A stretch of 64,000 nt of DNA from the human T2T-CHM13v2.0 reference genome, Homo sapiens, in the NCBI RefSeq assembly GCF_009914755.1, contig NC_060937.1, one strand, 5' to 3'. How positions within the stretch are numbered: position 1 is the first letter of the stretch; every line of letters begins with the position of its first letter. The notes below the pieces were generated by a model. It searched no databases, had not been told where the DNA came from, and was given only the letters and a program-made list of their open reading frames with translations. This document shows positions 27,100 through 41,062 of this stretch, piece after piece. Position numbers and translations under genes: made by a program.

Positions 27100-27858
27100 T
27101 ACCCCTACTTCTCAAAAGCAAACTGCAAGAACTAATACTATGAAATTTGGAGGAATTTTCAGACTCATAAATGGCTAAGAATTAAGGATTCAGTACTTAA
27201 AAAAAAAAACTCATTTAGGATCAGATGACGCTTAAGATGACAAGAAGAAGGAAGTAGGAATGGGGACTCCTCCTGCATGAAACCAGGATGTCACAACTGC
27301 ACATTCAGTAAAAATGTGAGTCTAGTGAAACAACTCACAGCTTCCACAGATGCAGGGAAATGTCAGGAAAGGCACTTGTCTTCCAAGACACTGGGTTAAA
27401 AAAAGTCTCACCTGAGACATTGAAATTGGGTGCACAGGTTTAGAAACAGAATATATATTGTCCATGCAATGTAAAAACCTTCAATTGATTCTGATATACT
27501 GGATAGAATAAAACACAAAATAATGCCTGAGGGACAATCTTACAATGACATTAAGCAAGATTCCCACAAAATGCCTCCTCCCTTAAACAGAAAGATAGGC
27601 TCTTAAAGAATGAAAAAAAAAAGAGACCTGCAGGAATATTCTTCACAAACATAATTGGCCAAATACAAAAGTAATAAGCACTAAAATATAAAAACTAATT
27701 TAGTTTATATTTATGGTGATCTGAAAACAAAGATAATGTTTAAATAATCTAAAATTTGTCAAAAAGATTTAAAATGAATAAATACATAAACACTGATGGA
27801 ACTGGACCATGTGGCAGAATGGAAATACAGCAAACAGTTTTTCAAAAGGAGTTGGTAA
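27100..27858 (+). mobile_element. Old L1M/HAL1-type 5' region, probably continuing at 29300
   Basis: A-rich L1-like sequence collinear with the ORF1-like block that follows the L1MA insertion; weak recognition. Confidence 0.4.
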
Positions 27859-27859
27859 G

Positions 27860-29290
27860 GTCTGACATCAGCAAGATGGCCAACTACAAGTCCCTAGCTC
27901 TTTTCTCCCTCACAAAGACAGTTAAAACAGCAAGCAAACGACTACACCCTCTTCAGTAAATGGTGCTAGGACAACTGGATAATCATATGCAGAATAATGA
28001 AACTGGACCCCTATCTCTCACTCTATACAAAAATCAACTCAAATGGATGAAATATTTAAATGTAAAACCTGAAGCTATAAAGCTACTAGAAAACACTAGA
28101 GAAAATATTTCAGGTCATTGTTCTGGGCAAAGATTTTATGGAGAAAAACTCAAAAGAAGAGATAACAAAAGCAAAAATAGACAAATGGAATTATATCAAA
28201 TTACAAAGCTTCTGCACAGTAAAGGAAACAATCAACAGAGTGAAGAGACAACTGAGACAACTAGAAGAATGGGAGAAGATGTTTTCAAACTACTCATTCA
28301 ACAAGCGATTAATATCCAGATTAAAAAAGGAACTCAAATAGCTCAACAGCAAAAAAGAATAATTTGATTTAAAAATAAGAAAATGAGCTGAATAGACATC
28401 TCTCAAAAGAAAACATACAAATGGCTAATGGGTATATGAAAAAATGCTCAACGTCACTAATCAGGGAAATGCAAATGAAAACCACAATGAAAAATCATCT
28501 TATTACAGTTGGAATGGCTATTATCAAAAAGATAGAAAATATAAAATTCTGACAAGGATGTGGAGAAAGGAAAAACTCTTATACACTGTTAGTGGGAATG
28601 TAAATTAGTATAGCTATTATGGAAAACAATATGGATGTTCCTCAAAAAACTAAAAATAGAACTCCCATATGATCCAGCAATTCCACTACTGGGTACATAT
28701 CCAAAGGAAAAGAAGTCAATGTGTCAAGAAGATACCTGTAATCCCATGTTCATTGCATCAGTGTTTACAATAGCCAAGAAATAGAAGCAACCTAAATGTC
28801 CACGTATGGACAAACGGATAAAGAAAATGTAGTACATGTACACAATGTGATGCTATTCCTTCATGAAATAGAATGAAATCCTGCAATTTACAGCAACATA
28901 AATGAGCTTGAAAAAGCATTATATTAAGTGAAATAAGCCAGACACAAGAGGATAAACACAACAGGTTCTCACTCATATGTGAAAGCTAAGAAAGTTGATC
29001 TCACAGAAGCAGAGAATAGAACAGTGGTTATTAGAAGCTGGGAAGTGTAGGAAAGAGGAGGAATAGTGAGAAATTGGTTAATTGATACAAAATTACAGCT
29101 AAAGAGGAAGAATAAATTCTAGTGATCTATAGCACTGGACAGTGACTATAATTAACACCAATTTATTGTATATTTTCTAATAGCTAAAAGAGTGGATTTT
29201 AAATGTTTCCAACGCAAAGAAACGATAAATATTTGAGGTGATGGGTATGCTTACTACCTGATTTGATCATTATAAATTGTATACATATAA
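27860..29290 (+). mobile_element. L1MA element: ~90-nt 5' terminus fused to the ORF2 3' end plus 3'UTR
   Basis: 'gacatcagcaagatggccaactacaagtccctag' (L1 start, YY1 site), then 'ccctcttcagtaaatggtgc'; ORF2 remnant '[30 protein letters not shown]'; L1MA 3'UTR. Confidence 0.9.
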
Positions 29291-29299
29291 TTGTTATGT

Positions 29300-29960
29300 A
29301 TCTATTAGAATGAAAGCACAAAATAACTAATAGAAATTCTATTGAAAAAATAAATTCAGGGAATATAAAATTCAACGAATGGTTTGAGTTTAAATATCAG
29401 GTGAGACATAGTTAAAAAGAGTATTAATGAAGTGGAAGTTAGCACTAAGAAAGTTCCAGAATGCAGCATGCAGAGAGAAAGAAACAAAGCATGTAAAAGA
29501 AGAGCAAAACATTGTGAAAGAAAGAATGAGAACAGCAGAGGTCCATTTAATTCAAATTATCAGAGAAGGGGATAGAAAAATTAAAAAAATTTTGAGAAGA
29601 TAACAACTAGGACTTCTAAAATTAAAGGAAGACACACATCCTTAGATTGAATTGCTGAGCTGGGAAAAACAAATAAACAACAAGTACACAACTAGGCACA
29701 CTGTACTGAAACTACAAAAAGTCAATCTGACAGGGAGAAAATCTTAAAAGCAACCAGAGACAGGAGAGAGCTCAACCAAAAAAGGACAGATGTTATTTGA
29801 TAGCAAGATTCTAATCAGCAACAAAAGCTTAAAAGACAATAGAGTGGAAACTTTTAGAAAGAATTAAGTGTCAAGTAACATTTTTGTTTCTGGTTAACTA
29901 TTACTCTGGAATAAGGGTTAAGTAAAAATATTTTCACAACAAAAACTGAGAGAGGGTAGC
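29300..29960 (+). mobile_element. Old L1M/HAL1 ORF1 remnant
   Basis: 'caactaggcacactgtactgaaactacaaaaa...gagaaaatcttaaaagcaaccagaga' resembles the ORF1 'PRHI.VKL...EKILKAAR' region. Confidence 0.7.
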
Positions 29961-29989
29961 CAATGTCTCTTAATATAGGTGAGCTAATT

Positions 29990-30490
29990 CTTCACTATTG
30001 CTACACCTCCAAGTCAGTCCTCTTGTAGACTTGACACAGAAAGTATATTTTTGGTCTCTGTTTCTACATCCCGGTCTTCTCCTCCACTTTGCTGACACCG
30101 TGTTAAAACATAAATTTGACCACGCGATGCCACTACTTAAATTCATTAAACGAGTCTCAGATGACTTCTGAGTAAATACAAACTCACAGCCTCAAAGACT
30201 TTCATAATTTGACAGCATACCTTTCTAATCTCATCTCCCATTCTGCCAGGATGTCCTCTGTACTGCTTGCCAGCCTGTTGAAGTACAATTTAGACAATGC
30301 TTTCTTTTGTCTTATTGGTTTTATATTTCTCATAAGGCTCAGAAACGTCTTTCTTTAGGTAAAAAATTATTTATTACTGCAGATGCAATGTAAACATCAG
30401 TTCCTGTGAGAGGCTTTCCTTCTTTCACAATCTTCTTACTCCCACACGATTTATTTCCTGAAGTGCTCCAGGAACCTCTGTATTCCTTGG
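29990..30490 (+). mobile_element. L2 fragment
   Basis: 'aaaacataaatttgaccacgcgatgccactacttaaa...tgcagatgcaatgtaaacatcagttcctgtgagaggctttcct'. Confidence 0.6.
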
Positions 30491-31935
30491 TTGACATGGG
30501 TCAAACCTGTAACATAACAGTTGGCAGACAGCTGTATGTCACAGTGCATGACTGAGGGAGTAGAGGGGAAATTGGAATGGTCTCAGTGACACATTGGTCT
30601 CAGTTTGAACCAAAGCTCTGTTCATAACTGGGATTCTGACAAGAGGCATGCCTGCTAGTGGTTTGTTTGCTTGCAGACCTAAGGAGGCTTCTGAAAGAAA
30701 GCTTGTCTTAAGTGAAAAAAGTAAAGACTATAGGATTTAGCAAATAAAATTGCTTAAACAGATAAACAGAAAGGCAAAAGCAAGAGGAGTATGATACCAG
30801 TAATTCATTTAGTTTTTAGCCTGGTGTTCTCGCCGGCCTATCTTTTACTACGGACTCATCTTAACAGTGTCGTTGGAAGAAATAAGCGGCTGAAAGAAGG
30901 GTATTTGCTGAGATTTCCAAGAGAAACAATGAGGAAAGTGAAGTATTGCCTTACCACTTACTGATTTGAACACAAACATGACAGGGGAAGAGGGAGAGAG
31001 GCAGTATTTCTGCTTAAGCCTAAAGTGAAGAGTGGATTTGTAATGATGAAAATTTCAGCATAATATTATTTTGCTTAGAATAGTAAGATCACTACCAATG
31101 TGGCAACCATGATGGATCTAGCAATGGATCTAAACCATTGTTATCCAGGGGTTCTGTGGAAAAGTACACAGACAAAGAGCAGGAGACATGGTGTAACTTT
31201 AGGAGCGTCAGAAGATAGCATCTTTGCTTGTCACTAGTTGGCACTTGCATTAAGGTCATGGTGGCTTCAGAGGACTCAGACACAAAGTAATTGCTGCAGC
31301 CACTGTCACTGGAAAGTCCACAGCAAAAGCAAAAGAAGATGGCTCCTGTCACACTGGATCTGAGATGATTTATTTATTCTCTCTAAAAACCACCAGAACT
31401 AAGTGTGGCTGATTTGATATCTGTCAATACCAAGGCGGGACTGGGGTAAAAGCTGAAAATATGTAGTTAAATTGCATCTTCAATTACTTCTTTTGGCTTT
31501 CTATTCTCAGTAAATTGTGTGGTCCAATCAAGGGGTTCATTAAACATTTTGGGTATAATTAAATCAGATTTAATGTATTTTTCTTAATTAGTAAAGCAAC
31601 AGAGATTATTATTAAATTACTGCTGTATATTTCACTCATATTTTTTCTATTAAATATATTATAGATATGTTTCTACAAAATAAATTTTAACAAATTATTT
31701 AGCATATTATGTCGTTTATTTTACCAGTTACATGTTTTTAGACATTATATTTGTTTAATTTTATTATTATTAAATATGGTGGGTAAACAGCCTAAAAATT
31801 AAATATCATCACATTGTTGTGATGATTTAATAATAAATTCATGGAGGAATGATAAATAATGATTTGTGAATAATTAATTAAAAGCTAAGAAGAAAATGGG
31901 AAGAGAAATTGGGATTTATTATAAAATCTCAGTAT

Positions 31936-32227
31936 GCTGGGCGCCTGCAATCCCAGCACTTTAGGAGGCTAAGGTAGGGGGATCACTTGAGGTCAGGAGT
32001 TCGAGACCAGCCTGTCCAACATGGTGAAACCCTATCTCTACTAAAAATACAAAAAAATTAGCCAGCTGTGGTGGCATGTGCCCGTATTCCCAGGTACTCT
32101 AGAGGCTAAGTTGAGAGTATCCCTTGAACTCAGGAGGCGGAGATTGCAGTGAGCTGAGATCACGCCACTGCACTTCAGTCTAAGTGACAGAGCAGAGACT
32201 CCGTCTCAAAAACAAACAAACAAAAAA
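31936..32227 (+). mobile_element. Alu, AluSx/Sz-like, with a ~12-bp deletion near the 5' end
   Basis: 'gctgggcgcctgcaatcccagc' lacks ggtggctcacgc; (CAAA)n tail. Confidence 0.95.
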
Positions 32228-33191
32228 CCTGATGATGATAATAAGTTATTTCAAGCCAAATAAAGAAAGGATATGCCTCTGAGAAGTGACAATCAGGAAT
32301 GGAAAGGGCTGGAACCGAGAAGCATTCATTCCTTTATAGGACTTTCCACCATTTGACTTTTTAACTTTATGTTTTAATTTGATAAAAACTAAAATTAAAT
32401 AAAAAGTGGAACAATGTGTAAGAAACCATATATTCTAGAATTTTCCACTTTCTTATAGCACATACAAAGTATTTTACAAATTAAAATGAGGTATGGTCTT
32501 GCCATGCCAGAGAGGGGTGGAACTAATGTCGCTATATTAGTGGTTTTTTGTCTGTTGAATTCTAGAATAAGATTGCAAATTATATTTAAGTTTTATAGCT
32601 TGGTTGTTTTAAATTTACTGACGATAAGTTAAAAACCTTACTTTGTGAATGTGGTTATGAGAAATATAATTATTTCATTACATTCTAAACTATAAAATTT
32701 TACATAGGCAAATCAAAATCTTTTCAATTGTATTTGTATGTTTGTATTTCTCCCTCCTCCCTGTCTCACTCTTACACATACCATCCATGTAGCTACTGGT
32801 TTGTTTACTTATATATTTTTGTGATAAAGTACTACGCAAGAGAATATTATGCACTGAGATTCAACTAGATGACAAAATAGAACAATGCTGCTATTAATTC
32901 TACTGATTTAAGATCATTCAAAAATTTCTGAATGTCCTTTTTTTAAAAAAAAAAAAACAAAATATTATGCATGGGTATATTAGAATCTATGACAAAAGAT
33001 CTTAAAATATTAAAAACTGTTGCCTTGAATCCACCTTGCCTACAATGCTCAAGGATGTAAGATTTTATATTTCCTATTGCTCCTTGTCCCCAAGCCCCTA
33101 CTTCCATATTTCGAAGAAATTAATAGGTTTCCTGTGGTGCTATAACACCTGATTATTATTCAATATAGGTGCCTAAAGAAATATGTTTAAA

Positions 33192-33560
<369 letters not shown>

Positions 33561-33600
33561 TTACTAGACCAATCTCTGTTTCAAGTAAGAAAACAACCAC

Positions 33601-33884
33601 GGCTGGACGTGGTAACTCAGGCCTGTAATCCCAGCACTTTGTGAGGCCAAGGCAGGCGGATCACGAAGTCAGGAGTTCGAGACCAGCCTGGCCAACATGG
33701 TAAAACTCCGTCTCTACTAAAAATATAAAATATAAAAATTAGCTGGGCATACTGGTGCACACCTGTAGTCCTAGCTCCTCAGGAGGCTGAGGCAGGAGAT
33801 TCACTTGAACCCAGGAGGCGGGGTTGCAGTGAACTGAGATCTGGCCACTGCACATCAGCCTGATGACAGTGTGAGACTTAGTCC

Positions 33885-33912
<28 letters not shown>
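33601..33912 (+). mobile_element. Alu, AluSg-like
   Basis: Full dimer; TSD aagaaaacaacca on both sides. Confidence 0.97.
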
Positions 33913-33918
<6 letters not shown>

Positions 33919-34849
33919 CAACCAAAACCTTCAAAAGTGAAAAATGCTTCAGGAAAACTCTTGATTACATTCCTGTCATTCAGATGAATTTCTATTTAAA
34001 AGATGCAACATTAGAAGTCTATGATTTATTCAAATATATAAAAATTTTAGTCAAGTTCTATTCTATACCTATGGCTAGACATTACCCTGAATAATTACTC
34101 CAAAGGAATTTTTAAAAATAGCCTGTCAATAGTGAGTGATAGAAAAACATCATTTCCAGGAGAGGTATATTAATCACATTATAAAGTATTTTTCACTGTC
34201 ATCAAGATATCCTCAGGGAAGTTTTTAAAATATATTTTTGATACATTGTTATTCTTGAATAAAAACAAAATAAAATCTGTATGGGGTGAACTATCTACTA
34301 CACTTATTTTACTAGTAAGCATTCTGAATGAGAAAAAAGACCTTCATAATTATTTATAATTTATTGTTAACTAATATAAAACAAGAGCTCACTTTGTTCC
34401 CTGTCCATTGACCTCATTCCATGTTCATCTTATCTTACCATTCTGTAGTATTTAATCCTTTTGACCACACAGGGTGCTGAAAATTATTGCCTTTGCTTAT
34501 TTCCAGAGACTATTCTCATCTAATTTCATTTGTCTCTGAAAATGATTTATATAGGTATTCTTAAAATTTTAAATTTTACATATAAAATTTCTCCGTATAA
34601 AAATATTGCCTCACAAGGTATTTCTTGAACAATTCCAATACCATTCGATATTATCTATGTTAATATAAAAAATTAAGAGCCCACCAGCAACACAAAATTA
34701 GAGAAAACAGATTTAAATCAACTTGAATGAATTTTTCCACTGCAGGGCTTCTCCAAAATATCATAAAGGAATATTTTTAAGTGAAGTAATAATCTGAGAG
34801 AAGTTAAATACATTTCAAATTATGAGTGAATATGCTAATTTTATAAAGT

Positions 34850-35635
34850 CATCTTATAAACTTACAAACTCTAGTAGGAAATGTTAAAAGTAAACAAATT
34901 TTTAAAATCAAATAGAATATTTAAAAATATTCTATTGCTTTAGTAGTCAATATAATTATTAAACTGATGGTATTAGATATCAACATTTGTCTATCAGATT
35001 AATAAAAGAAACAATTCTAATAGAGGTCAGGATTGCTTCCATACACTCATGCTTTCATTCAGGGCCATAGAGTCTAGCTAAATTGGTACTTCTTGTGGTT
35101 CAGTAATTTTCAAGTTATATCGTCTTAAACCATGCATTCTAATTAGGCAAATTACTCCTTTCTGAATTTATTATTATGAAGTTATCACAGTTAGATAACA
35201 AAATTTAATTCTGAGGCTATTTACCAATTTTTATTAGTATTCTTAATTATAATGCATATTAAACAAATCTAGTGTTCAAAAATAAGTCTGGTTAAATAAA
35301 ATATGACATAATATTACATAATATATTGTATGGAATACAATAAATTAACGGTTATTATTTTGTAGAAGAAACATTTATAATCCATTGCAAGGTTAAAAAA
35401 GCAATTTTAAAAGCAAAAGACACAGCACTGTCTAAATTTAACAATATCTATATGTACATGAGTGTGGAGAGAGTAAAACGCCTACATACATGGAACCATT
35501 AACAGTGATCTTCTCTGGGTGGAGAATTAGCAGGTGATTTGCACTTTCTTCTTTGTGCATATTTGTGTATCTCAAACTCTCTATAATGGACATTAATTAT
35601 TTGGTAATTCAGTAAAATGTATCCATAAATATTAA
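34850..35635 (+). mobile_element. L1ME-type 3' end
   Basis: 'ttaacagtgatcttctctgggtggagaattagcaggtgatttgcactttcttcttt' is a typical L1ME 3'UTR motif; 5' boundary approximate. Confidence 0.6.
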
Positions 35636-35689
35636 ACATTGTCATTGCCATGGTTTTCTTCTCAAATACTTTAAAAGGAAGTTTAAAAG

Positions 35690-36170
35690 GATTCGATTAC
35701 CTTATATGTATCTGGAACTCTACTAAGCACTGATGGTAAAATAAAGAATGACATAATTTCCTGTATGTATAATAAATATGTCTTAGTAGGTGCTAAGTGA
35801 AAACTAATTGTAGGTGCTACTAGAACACAAATAAGTAGGCCTAAGTCTAGCCAAAGAGTGCAGAAAAATATCTCTGGGTGAAACATATCTGAGATAAAAT
35901 TAAAGGTTCAATCATAGTTCACAGTAATACAATAGAGATAAATCATTCCAGGCTAAGTGAAAAACAAGGACAGACAAGGAGCCATGGATGGAGGTCGTGT
36001 GTAGAAATATGGGACGTTTCTTATTAAAAATTGAAAACAGAGAGACAGTGACTAATGGGGAATAAGAATGGAGAAATTCCTAAAATCAGAGTAATAGTGA
36101 CTCATTTAACCTATACAAGAAATTTGAATTATAGTTGTCGGTTATGGTAAACAACATTATAGAGGCAGGA
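35690..36170 (-). mobile_element. L2 fragment
   Basis: 'tatatgtatctggaactctactaagcactg', 'gaaatttgaattatagttgtcggttatggtaaacaacattatagagg'. Confidence 0.5.
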
Positions 36171-36239
36171 ATTCTCATTTTAATGCTTTCTCAGCACCTG
36201 TTCCCTCTATTTATCCAATCTTATTTTATGAAGAAGAGC

Positions 36240-36700
36240 TAAAATTTTAATCTACAGTTCATACTTCTCCCCCAAGCTTTAGAACCATATTTTTCAACTA
36301 TCTATCTAGCTAAAATATTGAAACAAGTATGCTTCAAACATGTAAATTTATAAATTTGCAAAAGAATTGCCAATAGTTTTTTACCTGCCATCCTCCCGTG
36401 ACTGAACTCCATCACAGTTAATGACATCTCCATTCACCACATTCTTCAACTTAGGAATCCTTACATTTCGTTGTGACTCAAGCTATTCACCTGTTCTGTC
36501 TCCTCTGGTTCCTCATCACTATTATTTATGCCTTCATTAATTCTTACCTAGGTACTACAAATGACATGTTAACTGGTCTCCATAACTCCAGTCTGTTCAA
36601 TTCTATTTTATTTTCCAAATCAATACCCCATTACCTCTACAGTTCCAAGACTATTACTGTCTTCAAATTGACTTTCAATAGGCCACATTACTAGTATTAT
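36240..36700 (+). mobile_element. L2 fragment
   Basis: 'cacagttaatgacatctccattcaccacattcttcaacttaggaatcct...ctacaaatgacatgttaactggtctccc'. Confidence 0.55.
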
Positions 36701-36996
36701 TAATATTTTTATTATGCTTTTGCTTCTTTTTTTCTATCTTCATCTTAGTGTACTGCCTTTACATTTCTTGATTAGTTTTTACTTTTCTTATTAGATATAG
36801 CTGTGTCTTCTAGTACCATATCAAAAATGTAACATATATCAGTAACAATTTTTCTGGACCTTCTATTGCAATCATGTTCATAATCGTATCTACATTCATG
36901 TTCTTTCTGAAATTAGACTTTCTTTGATTTTCGCATGTCTTGCTATAGGGTAATGTTTCATAAAACACTTATTTCTCTTTAAGATTAATAGCAGCA

Positions 36997-37302
36997 GGCC
37001 AGGCATGGTGGCCCACGCCTGTAATCCTGGCACTTTGGGAGGCCAAGATGGGCAGATCAGTTGAGGTTAGGTGCTCAAGACCAGCCTGGCCAACGTGGCC
37101 AAACCCTGTCTCTACTTAAAATACAAATACAAAAATTAGCCAGGTGTGGTGGTACGCCTGTAATGCCAGCTACTCGGGAGGCTGAAGCAGGTGAATTGCC
37201 TGGGAGTCAGAGATTGCAGTGAGCCTAGTTAGCACCACTGCAGTCCTGCCTGGGTGATAGACTCTAGCCAGGTGAGACTCCGTCTCAGAAAAAAAAAAAA
37301 AA
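36997..37302 (+). mobile_element. Alu, AluSz/Sx-like, inserted into an L2 3' end
   Basis: Full dimer with A-tail; TSD-like taatagcag; the L2 terminus resumes at ~37310-37405. Confidence 0.95.
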
Positions 37303-38087
37303 TTCATAATAGCAGAGAGTATGTATTCCTTGTTCACTTTTGTTTCTTACATTCATAATACTGTGTCTGGTACATAGTGGATGCTAAATAACTATTTCTT
37401 GCATAGCAAAACTATATTAGTGTTTTTTAATCACTCTTGATTAAAGAGCAAAATCTCCAAACCTAGTTGGTTTTATCGAGAGGCAGAACATGAGGGTTGA
37501 TTTTGGTACCAGTTTCTGTGAAGGCAATTTCATATTCACTACTACAATATAAAAGAATTTAGGTCTAAAATTTCTTACCAATTATTCAGGTTTCACAAAA
37601 TTTGCTTATTGCTAAGCTCCATCGACGTTTTATATTTTTACAGAAAACCTAGTTTTCTAACAATCTGATGAGATAGAAGATATGAAAAAATTTCTGTGTA
37701 TTCTGTCTCTCCTAAAAATGTGGGCCTCCTCTTCTTGTCCATTTGCTTTGTGATTCTTAGGCTCACAACATCGGAAGAGAAGTACCGCTGAGAGTAAAGA
37801 TGGGAGCAGAATAACGGCAAGGCTATTTGTCTCAAAATAGACAAACATTGTAAATGAAAGTAATGAATAGGCAATGTTTTGTTTGCTCATAAAAACAGTT
37901 TATAGACTAAAGAAGAGAAAAAAATACAGCTGGGGAAAGGATCAGTAATCATTCCAACTAGCTTCAGAAAAGTAAGTTTGATTTGTCTATTTGCATAGCA
38001 CACTTTAGCTATGAGTTTTTATGTTAGTTTTACTAACCTAGAATTTAGTGTAAATTATTCTTAGTTTCTAAGAGAATATTAATTCTA

Positions 38088-39140
38088 TCATTTATTTATT
38101 CATTTATTCACTGATCACATATTTAGCAGCATACAGAAGCCAACATATGCAAGCCACTGAAAAGAATATATCAGAGTGGTGAAACAAACAGACACGTTTC
38201 CTGTCTTCCAAGGAAATCGTGGTAACACAAACAATAAATGGATAAGCCAACGGTGAGAAGCACAAGTCCTCATCCAGGCCAAGAGGTCACAGGTGAGTAA
38301 AGTCAACAATTTTAGAGGTATGCAAAAAGATGGTGGATCTATTATTGATTGAAAAGCACCTGCTTTTTCACAGGTACAGCTGCTACTCTCTATCTCTCTG
38401 TATATGCCTATATATACAGAGATAGAGTAGCATATATATACACACACACACATATCTGTGAAAGAGAGTAGTATATGTACCTATATATACACATACATCA
38501 GTATATCTATCAATTTATTCTGTGAGAAGTTACAGACCAGTGATGTGAGATTTTCTGTGTTTTAAGAAAAGCCAGAAGTAGAACTACTATGTGAAATTTT
38601 CTATTTTTCAAATATCACCAGTAAATTTGAGTTTTTATAATGAATGCTGTGCTAGGTAACATTGCTTGTGGCCTAAGAAACCTCATCCTATGGCCATATT
38701 TGTCACAAAGGTCTGCAACAAACTTGAAAAAAATTACAGAAGCATAGAACACCAATGCAAATCAAGATACACATCTTTTGATAGAGAAACAGAATGCAGT
38801 ACCAAGTGTACCTAATTAAAATGGGGTGGTTTTTGAATGCCTCTTGAGAAGTTGACTATTATTCTGAGACCAGAAATGCAAAAAAACAAACAATAAAGCA
38901 TCCAAACACATAAAGGAATAAGAAAGCAGTCTCAGAGAGGAAGCACTGGGAAAGAGCTTATGAACTGGTGAATGAAGGGGAGAGTTTCATGAGGAAAGGG
39001 TCAAGCATAGAATGGGGACCAGATTTTAAATAAGATTGTCAGCCCTATTTGAAGCTGTGTATTATACTGAGTAGAGTAGGAAGTCATTGGAAGGCTAATG
39101 TTTATTACATACATTTAAAGGGATGGTGGGATAGGCTATA
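38088..39140 (-). mobile_element. L2, fragmented
   Basis: Antisense tail 'tcatttatttattcatttattcactgatcacatatttagcagc' and 'agagtaggaagtcattggaaggc'; interrupted by TA/CA repeats at ~38390-38510. Confidence 0.6.
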
Positions 39141-41062
39141 TGAAAAATTTATACCCAAATATATTTAAAATGGAAGCTCCCAAACACTTAAATTGAGCGT
39201 TTATTCTTGAGCAATGCATGAAATTGTATAGATTTAGGGTTATGACACCTCCTTTTGTGCTACACAAAATGTAGCTTCAGTCTCTTTTGCTATCCTTCCA
39301 ATATATATGATATTCACTCTCTCCAAGTTATGTATTGTCTTTTGTTTTCTTGTTTCTTCTACTTTGTCTAAGACAATCAGAAACTCTGATAAGGATGGAT
39401 TACTCTTGCACTGGGATTGAAAGAAATAATGTGGGTAATTGGAGAATTTCATGTACTGTCATAATATTGTCCTAGTACCTGATGAAAAAAATGCATGCTT
39501 AGTAAAAAATATTAATGATTTTTATGCTTAGTAAGTAATAATTTTTTATGCTTGGTAAAAAATATTAATGTATCTTACAAAAAATGCTGTCTGCTTATAA
39601 GTGGAGGTGTCTATGTTTCTGAAGCTGTGACTGAGTTAAACTGAAATTGCCCAAAACATGCTTAGATAAGTTCTTTTGCAAGTATTAATAATATACATCA
39701 GAGTAAAAGTCAGGATCAAAGGAAAATTTATAGGCAAAAAATGTCACTCATACTTTAAAAAATTACAGAAAGAGATGTGTATAAGCCTATTATACTAAAG
39801 ATTACTTATATTCTGCCTTTGACTCTTAATCTATTCCATTTCCATTACTTCACCTATTTAGATGAAATGTTACAGATAATAAAGAAAATGCCTTTTTATA
39901 TTAAATGCCAATATCTTTATTAACATATTTCTGTTCTACTTCTCAATGTAATCATTATACAGACATTTATTTAATTTGATTTTAGATACTTTGTATTTTC
40001 CATTAGCCTGTACCTATTACATTTCTAATGTTAGATCATGCTTTCTAATTCAGTATTCATTTAAAGTTTTATGTGTATTTTATTTTAGTCAGTTTTGTAG
40101 TCCCCTTGATCATATTCAAAGCATTAAATGTGTCACCACAAACACAAGATGGCTTTATTTGTGAGATCTTTCAATGGTGTCCATTCAGAAATATTTACAC
40201 ATCACAGTGAAAGAAATGTTTTGATTGAAGTGACAAATTACATTTTTCTGCAACACTTTGTAAGTGAAAGCACAGCTGTAATGTCATTATATTACTATCA
40301 AGAGAGTTTAATATTTTAAAAATTCTCAAAAATTCTTGAAGATAAAATAACCTTTACGATACAATTTGAATATCACTAACCCTTTTGAAACATACTTGAT
40401 GTCTCCCAATTACATATTTTTTAAAACATAAGAGAAATATTAAAGGTACCTATAGTACCATATAATAAATATTTCAATTGGTATGATGGTACCTGTAAAG
40501 AAAATTCTTAGATGGGCCTAATACCAATCACCCTCTTATCCTCTAGCTTTCTATACTCTCTAAAATTAAGACAGCTCCAGAAATTGCAAAGATACTAACT
40601 TTCCATTTGACCTACTCTGGGCTGAAAGATAGTGTGTATTGTGAATTATCTTTTGAAACCACATAGGAAGCAGCTCAGGAACTTCTCACAAAGTGGCTTA
40701 CTCAACTTCAGCCAGAGCAGGGTTTTGGCCTACATCTACTGAAAGAGAGGTTTCCCACAGCACATAAAAAAATAAAAAACACTGCTCTAAAATATATTTT
40801 GGCAATACAGGAAATTTAAGTGCCAAATAGTCATATACGATAGGAAATTACAAATTCTATTTAATCTCCGCTTCTTTTTTTAAAGTTTAATTTATATTTA
40901 GTATCTCTTAAAGTCAACTTCTTTCAGGGGGTTACAAATTTTATATTATAATTATTAAAATGTAAAACATGATTTTTATATACATATTAAATAAAAACTT
41001 GTCAAAAGATTTATTAAACCCATTTTGTGTGTGTGTATATAAGGGAAACATTAAGGAGTTAA

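Noticed and set aside
37638-37890. Overlapping ORFs and acceptor-like sites in unique sequence
   Set aside because: No convincing paired donor and no recognisable protein
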